Position numbers and translations under genes: made by a program. A stretch of 64,000 nt of DNA, from assembly GCF_963676685.1 (NCBI RefSeq), contig NC_092347.1, positions 61,814,001 to 61,878,000 on the forward strand. The letters run 5' to 3'. Source of the DNA: Mytilus edulis. Taxonomy: Eukaryota. Positions 13,801 through 27,278 of the stretch are shown here, one piece after another. Positions within the stretch are counted from its first letter, which is position 1; each line of letters opens with the position of its first letter. The notes beneath the pieces are model-generated. The model was not told where the DNA came from. It did not search any database and was given only the letters and a program-made list of their open reading frames with translations.

Positions 13801-16800
13801 CCTTGTCTTTATCCTTTAATAAATAAGATTAGAAAATTATATAATATGAAATTCTTAAATTCATCATAATAAAAATCCATTTATTGGTTTTAAACTATAT
13901 ACTGTAACTTTTAATCATTGAAAGTGTTCATTTCATGATAAAAACTTCCACAACTACCATTATATAATAAGTAGGATTAAGAAATTCCTGTTCATGTTGA
14001 AGTAGACTATTTATGGTCAAAATTATAATACTCAGTTTAACTTTTATCCTGCTGCAGTTTTTGTATTTATAACTCATCTCTATACATTCCATATATAAAC
14101 TATATCGCTCCTATCTGTTTTTGTTAAAACAGGGGGAATTGCTAACTAAAATTTTTAATTCTGTCTAAAACTCAGATTATATCTTCTTCTTAAGAATGTA
14201 GATTATGAAGTTTTAAACAGTAATAAATAATGATTAGAGTGTATGACTTTCATGAAAATCTACGCTTTATGTATGTTTGTCAGGGGTGGATCCAGCCATT
14301 TTAAAAAAGGGGGGGTTCCAACCCCCGGAACCCCCCTGGATCCGCCAATGTTTGTTATGAAAATCTAAGTATAAATGATGATTTTGACAAATTTCTTATG
14401 GTCTGCTGTAAACTCTTGAGTAACTGTTTTGCATTCCTTTTTTACCACTCTTTTATTGTTATCATTTACAGTTATATATGTACATTTACAAGTTAACCAC
14501 AGTTCACAAAATGTAGAAAATCCAAATATTAAATACATATAGCTGTAATAGTAAAATATCTGGTTATAAATGATATATGAAACATTTATAAGACACTAAC
14601 TTATATGGCTGCTATTGTGTATTTTACTTGTAATGTCAGATAATATTAACATTTAATTGTTTCAAAATTTTCAGGAAGGGCCTTTTATAGCCCACTATCA
14701 TTATGGGTTTTGCTCATTGTTTTGAGTATAAGTTTCTCTTTGTTGAAAGCCATAGAGTAGTTTATAATTGCTTACTACATTTTAACTCTGGTAGACAGTT
14801 TTCTTATACTCAATTATACCACATCTCCTCATTTTCATAAACAGGGTGCTGGTGTATAATAATTATACTATACAGACTTTCCCGCTAACATGTTTAACCC
14901 CGCCACATTATTTATGTATGTGCCTGACCCATGTCAGGAGCCTGTAATTCAGAGGTTGTCGTTTGTTTATGTGTTACATATTTGTTTTTCGTTCATTTTT
15001 TTACAAAAATAAGGCCGTTAGTTTTCTCGTTTGAATTGTTTTACATTGTCTTATCGGGGCCTTTTATAGCTGACTATGCGGTATGGCCTTTGCTCATTGT
15101 TGAAGGCCGTACGGTGACCTATAGTTGTTAATGTCTGTGTCATTTTGGTCTTTTGTGGATAGTTGTCTCATTGGCAATCATACCACATCTTCTTTTTTAT
15201 ATTTGCCATATCATTTGTTTCTTTTTGTTTATTGAATATGAATCAAAAGCAAGTTGTACGTATAATTCAATTGACTTTTTACATTTTTGTAACATGCATT
15301 TTTTTTGCATTCAATGACCAACAGATATTTAAGCAGTATCTATAAACAAGATGTCCTACAGATCATTATAAGACTGTGACATGCTCAGTGGGTATAATAA
15401 AGTTTCAAAGTATAGCTACAGTGGAACAGGAAGTGACTTCCCTGCAAATCTGAAACCATATGAAACAAATCTTTTCCCATTTAAATCTAATTTCTATATA
15501 ATATATATGAATACCTTAGAGCTTGACTTCTTTTCTTTCTTTGCTGAATCAGTTGTGATTGGCTGGCCAAATAATTCTGTAAACTGTTTGCCATTGCCAC
15601 TGTTGTCAAGACTAGCACCATTGCCAACTAATGTCTGTGAAAAGGCAAGTAAGTATATAAATAGCAAGATAATCATATAATAATGATAATTCAAAAGGTC
15701 ATGTAGAAATGCCTAACCTATATGCATCATAACTAATAAACATGCTACCAATGGGTCCATTGAAAAACAGACTATACTTTGGTAAATAGAGAGTTGGATG
15801 TGTATTGATTGATATTTCAATCTAAGATACGTGATTTTTTATTATCTGTTATTAACTCTGACTTAGCTGTCAGTTAATGTGAGTACTGTCAGATTTGTAC
15901 TAAGTTAGTGTCTTTATTTTTGTCTTTAGGGATGAGGGATGAACATACTATCTGCCAATTTCTGTCTGTGTTTTTGTTTGTTTTTATCTGATGAGTTAAG
16001 ACCTTTTTATTCGATTTTTGCTGTTACACCACTCTCCCGTGTAAGGACACACAGAAACATGCTTAACTCCGCTACATTCTTTGTGTGCCTGTCCCAAGTC
16101 AGGAGCCAGCTGTTGTTCAGTGGTTGACTTTGGTTCATGTCTGTCATATTCAGAGGCCCCCCGTTTTCTGCGAAAATTTGGTTGTTTATATAGGGAATCA
16201 CTGAAGCATGACCGGAGCGGCCCCCCTCTTAGGTAGTCAACAGGCCCCCACTTATGAAAATTTCTGGATCCGCCACTGATATTTGTTTTTCATAAATTTT
16301 CAATAGTTTGCTTTGTTTCATATTTTTCATATCAGGTCTTTCTATGGGGGACTATACAGTATGGTTTGTTCTCATTGTTGAAGGATTAAGGTTGTTTATT
16401 AATGCTTACATCCACTTCATTTATTTTTGATGGATATAGTTGTTTCAATAACAATCATATCACATCTCCATATTTTTATATGGTACATGTACATGTAACT
16501 GCACAGTTAAAGATTTTTGTCTATTTTGTTTAAGTCCATTAGGTCTTTAAGGGGACATTCAATCTCACAAGTCATAAAACAAACTGACAATACCATGGAT
16601 GAAAAATAAAAAGACAAACAAACAAACAACAGTACACAAAACACAACTTGGAAAACAAATGACTTAGCATCCCAACACCACCAATAACTGGGGGTGCTTT
16701 GGAAGGGCAAATAAAGTATGTACAATGTACTTACACCTCCTGATTTCAGTAGTTTTTTCTTAAATTCATCTGTTGGATTCTGGAATGTTAATTTCTCACA

Positions 16801-19800
16801 TCGTATGTGATTAACTGGTGTATCATCTAATTTCAGAAACAGGTCATACTGAAATCTGATTTTTTTTGGTTCCTCCTTATTTTTGAAATAAATGTCTATT
16901 GGCAATGTGAATCCTGCATAACCACTTGCTGCCACATGGTATGGTGGGGCAACTACAGCTGAAATAAACAAGTTTTCGCATTGTTATATTGCAAACACAG
17001 ATTTTACAGGTGTATTTTGTAAAGATATCAACATAAACCCCAAAACACTCAATGAATATTACTATAGTATTAATGAATGGGTGTTTTTATAATGGCCCTG
17101 TTATATGTCCAAGGTCTGTAATAATGGTCGAGGAAGTCTGTAATGGCCCGAGGCAACGCCGAGGGCTATTACAGACATCCGAGGCCATTATTACTGACCG
17201 AGGACATATAACAGGGCCATTATAAAAACACCCATTTCTTAATACATTTATTAACCAACTCATTTATTAACCAACTGAACAAAAGTGTATGTGTTGCTGC
17301 TAACTTGATGTACTATCTAACTCTTTTAATGACAGTTTAGTTTGAACAAAATAATGTGTACTTCACCATTATAAAGCTTTAAATATATACCAAATATCCA
17401 AGATATTAAGTTGAAAGAGATATGTGTTAAAAACAGGATGAACAGTGATCCCTTTATATGGTTCTTTAATGTTGGTTGCTGGTTACTAAATTAAATAAAA
17501 TACAAAAAGGTATTATACTCTTTACGACTTAGTTTTATTAACTTTATTAAAAACACTACAGACAAACTGGCATTAATACAAGGCCATTACAGAAAAACAG
17601 GACCATTACAGAAAAAACAGGGCCATTACAAAAAAAACAAGGCCATTACAGAAAAAACAGGGCCATTACAGAAAAAAACAGGGCCATTACAGAAAAACAG
17701 GGCCATTACAGAAAATATGTAATTTTTAATAAACAGTCACTTTTGGCAATAATGCACTTAGTTGGTTAATAAAAAGCTGTACTATTTTGTATAAAAATAA
17801 ACATGGCAAAAGGTGATGAAATTTATATATGTCAATATGAAGGTAAGTTCCAGCCAGAGGCTCTCTGGGTCTCAATTGCAAGAGCATGTGTCACTCACCT
17901 GTTTTTTGTTTTGTTTTTGGAAACCATGTAAAAATAGATTTAAATCATAACAAATGCCCTAATAATGATTGAAGCCAAATTTGTAGTCTTCTAGCATAAT
18001 TTGTGTCTTGGTCTAACTTGATTTCATTTATATTTCTGATTAAAAACTACCTCCATCAGCATTATTTTTTTAATAAAAATCTTAGGGTTATATTGCACAA
18101 TTCTTTGTAAGAATTTATAGTCATTACAATGCAATTACATCATGTACATTGTTATTATTACATATCATATGATTGAATAATACATGCTTGTATATTTACA
18201 TGTATATGCAAATATACTACATAAATTGACCTACTTGTTCTATGATTTCAATAATATATTGTTACTTGACATTAAATCATCAATTTATATGTAGAAAGTA
18301 ATATATATTCACAAGTAATCATTTTTACTTAATAAATATTTAAGAACAATTCAGTTGTAATATAGTTACATGTATTTGTACATGTTTCATTTATTTTAAA
18401 TGAATGCCTGTAATAAGTAACTAAAACTGTTAAAAAAATGGAACTATTTCTTAATTTCCCTAAGCACTGCTACTTCAGTGTGTTGATAAATATTTCATAA
18501 TGAAAATTAAAGTTCCTTACAAAACTGAGATGATGTAAATATCATTGTTAGATTAACATGCATGGTGAATGATGGTCATGGATGAATTGATCAGTGTTTA
18601 AACCAAAGGCAAATGTTACATTCATATCAGGAAGAGAACAAAATTTTTTTAAAGGATAGTATAATACATAGGAGAGCTACAATGTAAAGCTGCCATTGGA
18701 TTTTTAGGGGGGCTAGGATGAATTTTGTTCTGCATTTTATTTTTTAAAAGTTGTTATTCCTATCCTGCCTTTTTTTATTAGTTTATCCTGTATTTTTTAC
18801 CAAGTTGCTCATCCTGCCTTTTTTTATTAGTTTATCCTGTATTTTTTACCAAGTTGCTCATCCTGCCTTTTTATTACTAACCAGATGGACACAACATTCA
18901 AGCTTGATACAGCTCTGAATTTGGATTGCGATTAAATAGTTGACACAGAATAAATGTGGTCTAAGAATTAAGAAAAATAAAATTGGACATTTACCTTTTA
19001 TGGTCCAATATCCAAAATCTAAATACATGGTTAGATTCAGCATATCAAAGAACCCCAAGAATTCGATTTTTTTATGAAATTTTTGCGGCCATATAAAAAC
19101 TCCTGTCCAGCTTTTTTTCAAATTTCATCCTAGCCAAACCTCACCCCCAAAAAAATTCTTTGCATGAAATAAGTCTCCCAAGGAAAAGTTTTGTTGCTAA
19201 TGGAGACCAAATTTTCCCTGCAAAAAACATTATGGTACCTTCTTTCAAAGAGCAACACCATGCATAGTAAAATAAGGGATGGTAAACTTAAGGATACAGT
19301 ATTTTCTTAACTGATGATGTCATTTAATATCCATTATATGTGTTGGTACAAAATGTATATATATAGTTGACATTTTAATGGGGGTTTCTACAGACCTGTG
19401 ATATTTTTCCTTAGCGATTTACATTTTGTACTTAATGTGATATCGATGACAGGATTGTTTTAAGTGTGAAAAACATCACGTATTGTATTATAAACATTTA
19501 TAATGTACTAAGGCTAGTCCATGAGTCATTGGCCTTGTGAGTCAAAAGATGCATCAAGATTGTAATATGTTGTAACAACTGAGTTCAGATATCTTCATCT
19601 TATAGCAAAAGTTGAATAAAAAAATTTGTGACTTGATTTTTCTTTTCTTCTTATTTTCCCTCATGGAGCCTGAAGAATTTAACTAGTATATAGCAATAAA
19701 ATTTTACTTTGTTATTAGATAGGGCAAAAAATTCTTGAATCCTTCGTAAAAGCTTCGAATGTGACATTATTTCTTGTTATATAGTATCTTAAAAACATTT

Positions 19801-21708
19801 ATACATCTAATTATATATAAACATACCTCTTTTAGGATGTGGAAAACTAGCATGTAGATTAAAAACAACCTTTTCTACAAAATTTGAAATGTTACACCCC
19901 TCTGGTCCTCTGACGTAAACAGTCCAATCATGTGTGTACCCTTCTTGTGATGGTGATTCTCTCTGAGAGGCTCGATGACCAAGTTCAATCTTCACTTGAA
20001 CAGACTAAAATGACAAGATATATATTATGAAATACTATTTTTTAATAAATTATCTCACATGTCCTGATTTAAGATTTTTGTACGACAAGCCAATAACTGA
20101 TAAGTTGGTGAACAGTTTATGGTGAGAGCAAACTTCATGAAAACGTTTGATGCATAGATTAAAATAAGTTTTGTGCAGGAATATACAATGTAATTGATTT
20201 GTCTCAGCCGGAACTACATTTGAAGATACTACAAAGGCACTTTGTCGAATTCCAAACATTGAAACTGCTTACACACCTCAAAAGAGTGACAAAAAATACA
20301 TGTAACAAAGGGACTTTCAAACTCGAAGGTTGAAAATAAACTGACAACACCATAGGGCTAAAAAAGAAACCAACAGACAAACATCAGTACACAAATTAAA
20401 ACACAACATAGAAAACCAAAGACCATGAAGACTGAGTAACACAAACCCCACCAAAAACTCTGGGTGAACATATCGACTGATGCATAAAAAATGAAAATCG
20501 GCCCAGAATTAATTATTCTACAACGATTTGAAATAGTGAGTGACATTATTTTATTAGTTTGTGGGTGAAGTTTAAATCGCGATTAAGGTGTGTTTCGGTT
20601 ACCGCTGGTTAACAATAAATATATTTGATAAATATTAAAAAAATTTAGAGTGATATATATGGTTAAGTTACTGGATAAGCCTGGACAGTAGAAATTTCCA
20701 GTTTATAATACGAAAGTTAATCGAGCAAGTATCAATCAACAAAATACAGCAGAAGAAAACAGAGATCTAACTGGTAGTTAGTAACTACGTTATATAGCTA
20801 ATTATCATTTTATGTAATATATTTTTGTCCTCTAAAATATGTTATCATTATCCGACCAAATGAAACCATCCAAATGATACTGGTAAATATTATTGAACAG
20901 TCGCACAAGAATTTGTATAATGTCACTATACAAATCCTTGAGTCGCAGTACTAAAAAAAATTTCAACACTTCAGGGTTCAGCTGGTGTGTAAATAACATG
21001 CCATGTTTCAAGCTAATTAACATGTCATTAAATTGCGCGCAGCATCACAGATGAAACGTTTGAAGTTAGGTCGTAGTAGTTCCTGTCAATATAATACTTC
21101 CATGGTCATACCGACACCCATTATCACTCCTTGTACAAATAACATGAATTTTGTGAGTTTGACAGACTGAGTTTCAGTTTCAGAAAGTATTAACACATAT
21201 ATACTCATGAATGTTTTATTACAAAATGTATATCTCTAGTATCAACAAACAAATGACAAAGATAAACATTGATAAATCATGTTTTATTGTGTAAATCTTA
21301 AAATGAAAAAGAATAATGTTAATTATCATACATGTGCATAGCAAATACAATGTAACAATATGTAAATGCATACACATGACAAAAGTATAAACTACTTTCA
21401 AATTTTGTGTGTTAAGTGTGTATTTTTAAAATGAAGAGAATTTCTCAGAACTACTGCAGGGGCTTTCCCAGACTTATAATTTTTTAATTAAAATAAATAA
21501 AAATAAATATACACTTTAATAAAATTAAAGAAATGACATAGTATCAACATAACGCAAATTGAAGTATACAAATTGTGACCGCAGAATAATATTGTTGTTT
21601 ACAAGACACATTTTCGCTGTTTGTTTACAGTAAAATCGGACAATATTTTCCAAAGTAATTGAGTAACTGTTTAGAAATAAAGTAAAATGTCTTTACCTGA
21701 CTAGACAT
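10883..21708 (-). CDS. MLLT3: AF9/ENL family YEATS-domain super-elongation-complex subunit, 5 coding exons, 1154 aa
   Basis: Exons 21697-21708 (MSSQ), 19827-20004 ([34 protein letters not shown]), 16735-16958 ([22 protein letters not shown]), 15515-15634 and 10883-13813 join in frame with GT-AG introns. C-terminal ANC1-homology domain ([18 protein letters not shown]). The symbol is family-level (MLLT1/MLLT3 co-orthologue). Confidence 0.93.
14281..14350. mobile_element. GC-rich hAT-like MITE, 5-bp TSD
   Basis: CAGGGGTGGATCCAG..CTGGATCCGCCAATG with TTTGT TSD. Relatives at 16151-16278, 37314-37463 and 57036-57200. Confidence 0.75.
14880..15202 (+). mobile_element. PLE-related 3' fragment in AF9 intron (antisense)
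   Basis: Begins within the twister-like module (AACATGTTTAACCCCGCC..GCCTGACCCATGTCAGGAGCC) and ends ..CATACCACATCTTC. Confidence 0.7.
15794..16480 (+). mobile_element. PLE-related 3' fragment with nested MITE
   Basis: Collinear with 4095-4760; intact GCCTGTCCCAAGTCAGGAGCC; MITE 16151-16278 with ATATT TSD. Confidence 0.65.
17068..17770. repeat. Palindromic element with ~20-bp internal minisatellite
   Basis: ~175-bp fold-back at 17070-17245 centred on CCGAGGCAACGCCGAGG; about 7 copies of GGCCATTACAGAAAAAACA at 17581-17715. Confidence 0.7.
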
Positions 21709-21829
21709 TTTATGTTTCTTCCTCCAAATATTTGACTTTTGTAGTCAAAATCGTCAAAGTATTTATATATAACACAAAGAACATCTTCATTCATAGAAAC
21801 TTCATTATGCGAAAAATCAACAGCATGTA

Positions 21830-21925
21830 CAAACCGGAACTAGGTGATGCGCATGACTCGGTGTAGGAGGCATTTTATTTTCTGCATCCCTCGGGAAAAC
21901 ACCTACTTATCTCGCCTATCGATAT
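21830..21925 (-). promoter_or_regulatory. Probable AF9/ENL housekeeping promoter
   Basis: ETS-type CCGGAA (21834-21839), NRF1-like TGCGCATG (21848-21855) and DRE TATCGATA (21917-21924), 125-215 bp upstream of the ATG. Confidence 0.45.
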
Positions 21926-22720
21926 TTCCTTTTTAGAAATAACCACGCTTAAATAAAGGTGTGAATACTATATGTTTTATTTATCAAACCAAAAATATAA
22001 TCAAATGTTAAACTGAAACACACACAGGGAGGGTTACTAACACAAAACGCTTCATTTTTTCCCTCTAGCTTAGTAGATGCCCCCTCCCCCCCCCCCCCCC
22101 CCCCCACACACACGGCCGGGTGGAATTTACTCAGTTTCAAGGGCTGGTTTGAGATGAGTAACCTGTGGTCTAACTTGGACTGTCAGAATCAGAATGTGTG
22201 TCGGTTTCATAGTTGTCAAACTTGGATAATGTATTTCAATCAGTAGTATTATAATCCATTATACTGCTAGTAAACATTTCTGAAAGTTTGAACATGTTTA
22301 CTTGGCCGCGATGATAGAAAATTAACTTGTAGTTTAATAGAATTTTAGATAATGTTAGATATACGGAAAAGTTTTTCATGTTGAACATGTTAAAGACAGG
22401 TACTATCATTATAAGAACAGTATAAGTTTTTGATAACAATTTAAAAAAATTCCGACGAAGTGTTATAACCTCGAGGTTATAACACTATAAAGATCACTAA
22501 AGTTGAGTTCTGTATTCAGAAAACCTCAGTAGAGACAGAACTTAGTTATTTTAAAAATGTTTTGAACTCACAAAACAATATATATAGTACAGTGAACAAT
22601 ATATGTAGTAAATATCATGTGTAAGTGAAAGTTGTGATCCGCGCAAACTTTTCAGTTGCATTACTGATATAAACATAATATTAGTTGCTTTGACTGGACT
22701 GGGACCATGAACAGAATCAT

Positions 22721-23045
22721 GTATTAGTCCCAAAAATGAACTCATGTATTAGTCCCACAAATGAACTCATGTATTAGTCCCACAAATTAACTCATGTATT
22801 AGTCCCACAAATGAACTCATTTTGAATGTATTAGTCACATAAATGAACTCATTTTGAATGTATTAGTCCCACAAATGAACTCGTGTATTAGTCCCACAAA
22901 TGAACTCATGTATTAGTCCCACAAATGAACTCATGTATTAGTCCCACAAATGAACTCATTTTGAATGTATTAGTCACATAAATGAACTCATTTTGAATGT
23001 ATTAGTCCCACAAATGAACTCATGTATTAGTCCCAGGAATGAACT
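22721..23045. repeat. 25-bp minisatellite, 12 units
   Basis: GTATTAGTCCCACAAATGAACTCAT, with TTTGAAT inserted after four of the units. Confidence 0.92.
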
Positions 23046-24852
23046 ATAAGACCACCGTCACCCAGGCTAGAGTTTTTATATTATAAGAAATCACAGGCGA
23101 CAAATGAATGACTATTACTGCAAAAATTCAGACTTCTGGCGAAAATAAAGACCGTTCGAGGCATCAGTAGAAGAAAAGTTTGGATTTGTAAACGAAACAT
23201 ACTAAAATTAGAATAAAGAACTGAGAACTATGTTAAAGAAGCTACAAACGGGGTCAATTAAAAGTTCACAATTTTGTTTTCATTGTCACATTAAGAATAT
23301 GCACTTGTGACAGTGTACAGGCAAGTTATTGGCAACTCGGTGCATTTCAATAAAAAATTGATTCCAGAAAAGACATACTATGTCATTCATTTCCAGCTAA
23401 GCCTATCACGGCTATCCAATCGACGCCGACCCGTGGTGTTTGATAGGAGATAGACCCAATTTATTTCTAAAGATAGTACACGAAAGTGATAATGGGCTAT
23501 ATATATCTGACCTGTAGACAAACCCCTAACGGTCATATATGATATTCAATAGCAAGACCCTAATGGAAGGACACAAAGTCTTGGTTCCGTAAAAGTTTAT
23601 ATGTACACCAGTTCTCAACGGCTAGCTTAGACGGTCTCTTTCCTATCAGTTATTTAAGAATGATTCGAACGAATGATAATCCTTTTCTTATCAGAAAGAA
23701 ATGTTGGGATATAAGGTTCAAGTTTATACACATCAATGGTCAAATAATTATATCAATAAATCAATATAAAAAAGATAAAATTATACACGACGACATACCT
23801 TGTTATTGTTCATTTCATAAACTCCAGTTCGTTTTAGTATTATTTAGACGAATTCATTGTACATGTAATAGTCTTCCGTTTGAATTTTGCACCCGGATAT
23901 CTAAACACATTGGTTGACAGGACATGAATTTCGTCATATGCTTACGTTAAACAATCTTTAAATAGATTTAAAAATCCTAAATAAAGCGATAGCCCTCATT
24001 CATATACCGAAATCAATAATAACCCATTTTTTATTGGTGTCAAGTGCAAGCAATGTTCGTCATAGGAAATATTACCTTTATGGAAATGATTATTTCAAAA
24101 TAGTCGGGTATTTCTTTTAACTAAAATGTATAGGTTCATTTGTAAGTGTACTTTGAAACAGAATAAGGAAGCTCGATTAATCAATAAACAAATAAACAAA
24201 TACACAAATAAGTTTGCAGTGTCTGTACCACAATTTAAAAAAAGGGAATCCCTCTGTGTAAGTGAAAGCGAATTATGTTAAAAAAAAATTATTGTCTATA
24301 CGCATTAACAAAATTAGTGTTTTTTTTTATCCAATTTAGGTTCTACTAAGCCAACCAATATATGTGTTGTTCACGTCGATGAGGTGATAAGAAAACAACT
24401 CAAAAGTTACCATATATATATACATCTTAGAGATCATATACGACATTTGACAAATACCAGACGGCCATACGATATTCAGGCTCTGAAAAATCTTCTAGAA
24501 CAAGACCACGTAAAAAAGGGGAGGGTGTAACATACTTGTAACAGAGGCCATGATAAAAAAAAACCAAAAAAACATGGGAGATCGAGAGAACGGTAGCGTA
24601 CTGTATACAAAGAACAATAACTCTTATGAAAACTCACTGATTATCATGATGGCAATCACAGTACAATGGTTACAAATAAACAATGAAAGAATGTTTTATT
24701 ACGTATAGTGCTATTATTTCTCTTTATACATGTATGAATATATATATAAAAAAAAAATAGAGCAAAATCAGGTTATAAGAGTTTTTGTGTATAATTCGTA
24801 TAGTATGTCCCTACTCGAACAAGATCCTAACGTCCAACCTCAGTCTTTTTGT

Positions 24853-24945
24853 CACAGGCACTTGTTTCTGTCAATGTGGGGTTTACTATCCATACCAGTA
24901 CAGTATGGATAGTAAACCCCACATTGACAGAAACAAGTGCCTGTG
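24853..24945. repeat. Perfect 43-bp-arm inverted repeat
   Basis: CACAGGCAC..CTATCCATAC, 7-nt loop, exact reverse complement. Confidence 0.9.
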
Positions 24946-25990
24946 CTTTTTGTACTCAAAGATTATAACTCAGCATCATGATTGGAATGGTCTGCAGCAG
25001 ATTATTTTTTAGTTATCAAACCACCAAGACAAATTCAAAGACACCTCAAATTAGCTTATATTATCATTGTGAATAAATCGAAAAGAACGCATATTTTTAT
25101 GCAATAATTGAACCAATTCTTCAGAGAAAAAACGGTTGAAATCTTTTAACGGGTTGTTATTAATATACATATATAAAAATTAGAAGACTTGGTATGATTG
25201 CCAATGAAACAACTCTCTAAATTACATAGAAAGTTATCAACTATAGGTCACTGTACGGCCTTCAAAAATAAGCAGAATCTATACCGCATATATATAGTCA
25301 GCAATAAATGGGTCTGAAACAACAAACGAAAAACAATCCAAACGAAAAACTGATTCGTGAACAAAACAATGAAAGAAAAACAATTATGATATAAATAAAG
25401 AAACGACACTGACCACTGAATTACAGGCTCCTGCGACTCTTTCCACAAACTCTCCAACGATTAAAATTGATCGTAAGATAATAGAATTGCTGATTTATCA
25501 GACTAACTCACGAATGATCACAGATATATTTCACTTATCGTAACCACAATTCCGTTTTCTTTTTGATTTACCGAATCTGGCTATGATTCGGATTACTTAC
25601 ATGATCTAGTGCCAACATAGGATTAGAATCTGCTTACTCTTTCCAGAGCACATAAGTTCAATCCCAGTTTTTGATAGGGTTCGTCTTGCGGAATCTTCAG
25701 TGTCGTCGTTATTTTTGGCTGTATATGGTGTTGTTTGTTTTTATTAGACTTGGTTTGTTCTCTCTCTTGTTCAACCCAGGAACATATATATTAGATATAC
25801 TGTTCCCAGTTCTACCACGGCAAATATTTTCATTTAGTTTTTTTTTCTTTCCTGGAGTGAATATCTATATAATATATTCTAATCCCAGGCAGAAACCCCT
25901 AGCCGTATTGGTCACAACTTTTTGGATCTTTTGTTCCTCAGTGCTCTGCAACTTTGTACTTGTTTTGGCTTTCGAACTTTTTTCATCTGA

Positions 25991-26034
25991 GTGTCACTGG
26001 TTAGTCTTGTGTGGACGAAAAGCGTGTCTGGCGT
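25991..26034 (+). ncRNA. Degenerate minimal type-I hammerhead ribozyme
   Basis: Stem I GTGTCA/TGGCGT, core CTGGTTA (for CTGATGA), stem II GTC/GAC, GAAA, short stem III and GTC site. Core mutations make this copy likely inactive. Confidence 0.55.
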
Positions 26035-26158
26035 ATTAAAATGGTACCTTTTGATAGCTATTATTCGGCGTGTGTTTCTCTGTCCTATGTGTTCTCCCAT
26101 TTATTTGTTTTGTGGTTCTGTCATGTAATGTTGTTATTTCAATGTTATATTTAACATT

Positions 26159-26250
26159 GCCATAAAAGCGGGAGGTTTGGCATGCCACAAAACAAGGTGC
26201 AACCCATTATTTTTTTCTTAAAATGTCCTGTACCAAGTCAGGAAAATGGC
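26159..26250 (+). ncRNA. Second-family twister-P5-like fold (degenerate)
   Basis: P5 GCCAT/ATGGC; GAGGT with loop TACCAAGT (GGT/ACC replacing GGG/CCC); P4 CCTG/CAGG. Confidence 0.5.
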
Positions 26251-27278
26251 CATTGTTATATTATAGTTCGTATCAGTGTGTGTTACATTTTAATGTTGTG
26301 TATCTGTTGTGTCATAGTTCTCCTCTTATGTTTGATGCGTTTCCCCCAGTTTAAGTTTGTTACCCGGATTTGGGTTTTTTTTCTCAATCGACTTATGAAT
26401 TTCGAACAGCGATATACTACTGTTGCTTTTATTTCTATTTCCCATATCAAACAGTTTTTGTCCATCAGGGATTTTGAGGTCTCTTTGATTTCTCTGTTGA
26501 ATTTATCCACAACGATTTCGGACTACAAGTAATTTATTACTTGAAATATGGTATGGGCACTTGTTTATCTTAATCACCGTATGTTGACCCCTAGGCGTAT
26601 TTCTGGATTTTTGTTTTGTTATGTTGTTGTTTCATTGACTTATATATATATATATTTTTTTTTAATATATATAATATATGTATATTTCTGCCTATGTGAA
26701 GTGAGAACTGCAAATTATACCTTGTCCATCGGATTTCTTATGATTAAGAAATACCAGGCGTTAATTTAACATACTTTAAAAGAAGCAAGATATTTTTATA
26801 AGCGGGGCGAGTTGGCAGAACTTTATACAGTGGGGTTTAAACCTTTTTCATTAATAAGTGAGTTGTCAGACTGATTGTTCAATTTGATTTTACACTTTTA
26901 GGTGGGGCGAGTTTCGGTAAACAAGAGTGCAGATTTTTTATAAAGTGGCGATATAGTATAGGCCGACTGGCAGGTGGGGCGAGTTGACATTGTTTGATAT
27001 CTACTCATCGTGTTCGGGGGTGTATACATCATATAGTAATATATAAAGTATATTATAATGGTTGTGTGGCGTTCTAAAATAGATTTTATGAATTGTAAAT
27101 GTTTTTTCGTCAAATCTAAAACAGCTGGGATGTAAAATAGTTATCCCATTCGGACTCCGCCATCGGGATGATCTTACACTGACACACCGCGTCCTTGTGG
27201 GATAACTATTAATTGACCCCTAGGCCTTTTTCTGGATTTTTGTTTTGTTATGTTGTTTTTTCATTGACTTATATATAT

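Larger units (their letters stand above)
25875..26432 (+). mobile_element. Non-autonomous PLE/retrozyme-like repeat carrying hammerhead- and twister-like motifs
   Basis: Contains both ribozyme-like motifs. A related fragment lies on the minus strand at ~45070-45225. Boundaries approximate. Confidence 0.5.

Noticed and set aside
10791-13869. Multiple plus-strand Ser/Phe/Leu-rich ORFs
   Set aside because: Antisense shadows of the Lys/Glu/Ser-rich AF9 exon.
22721-23045. CRISPR-like array
   Set aside because: Units are contiguous with no unique spacers, there are no cas genes, and the context is eukaryotic.
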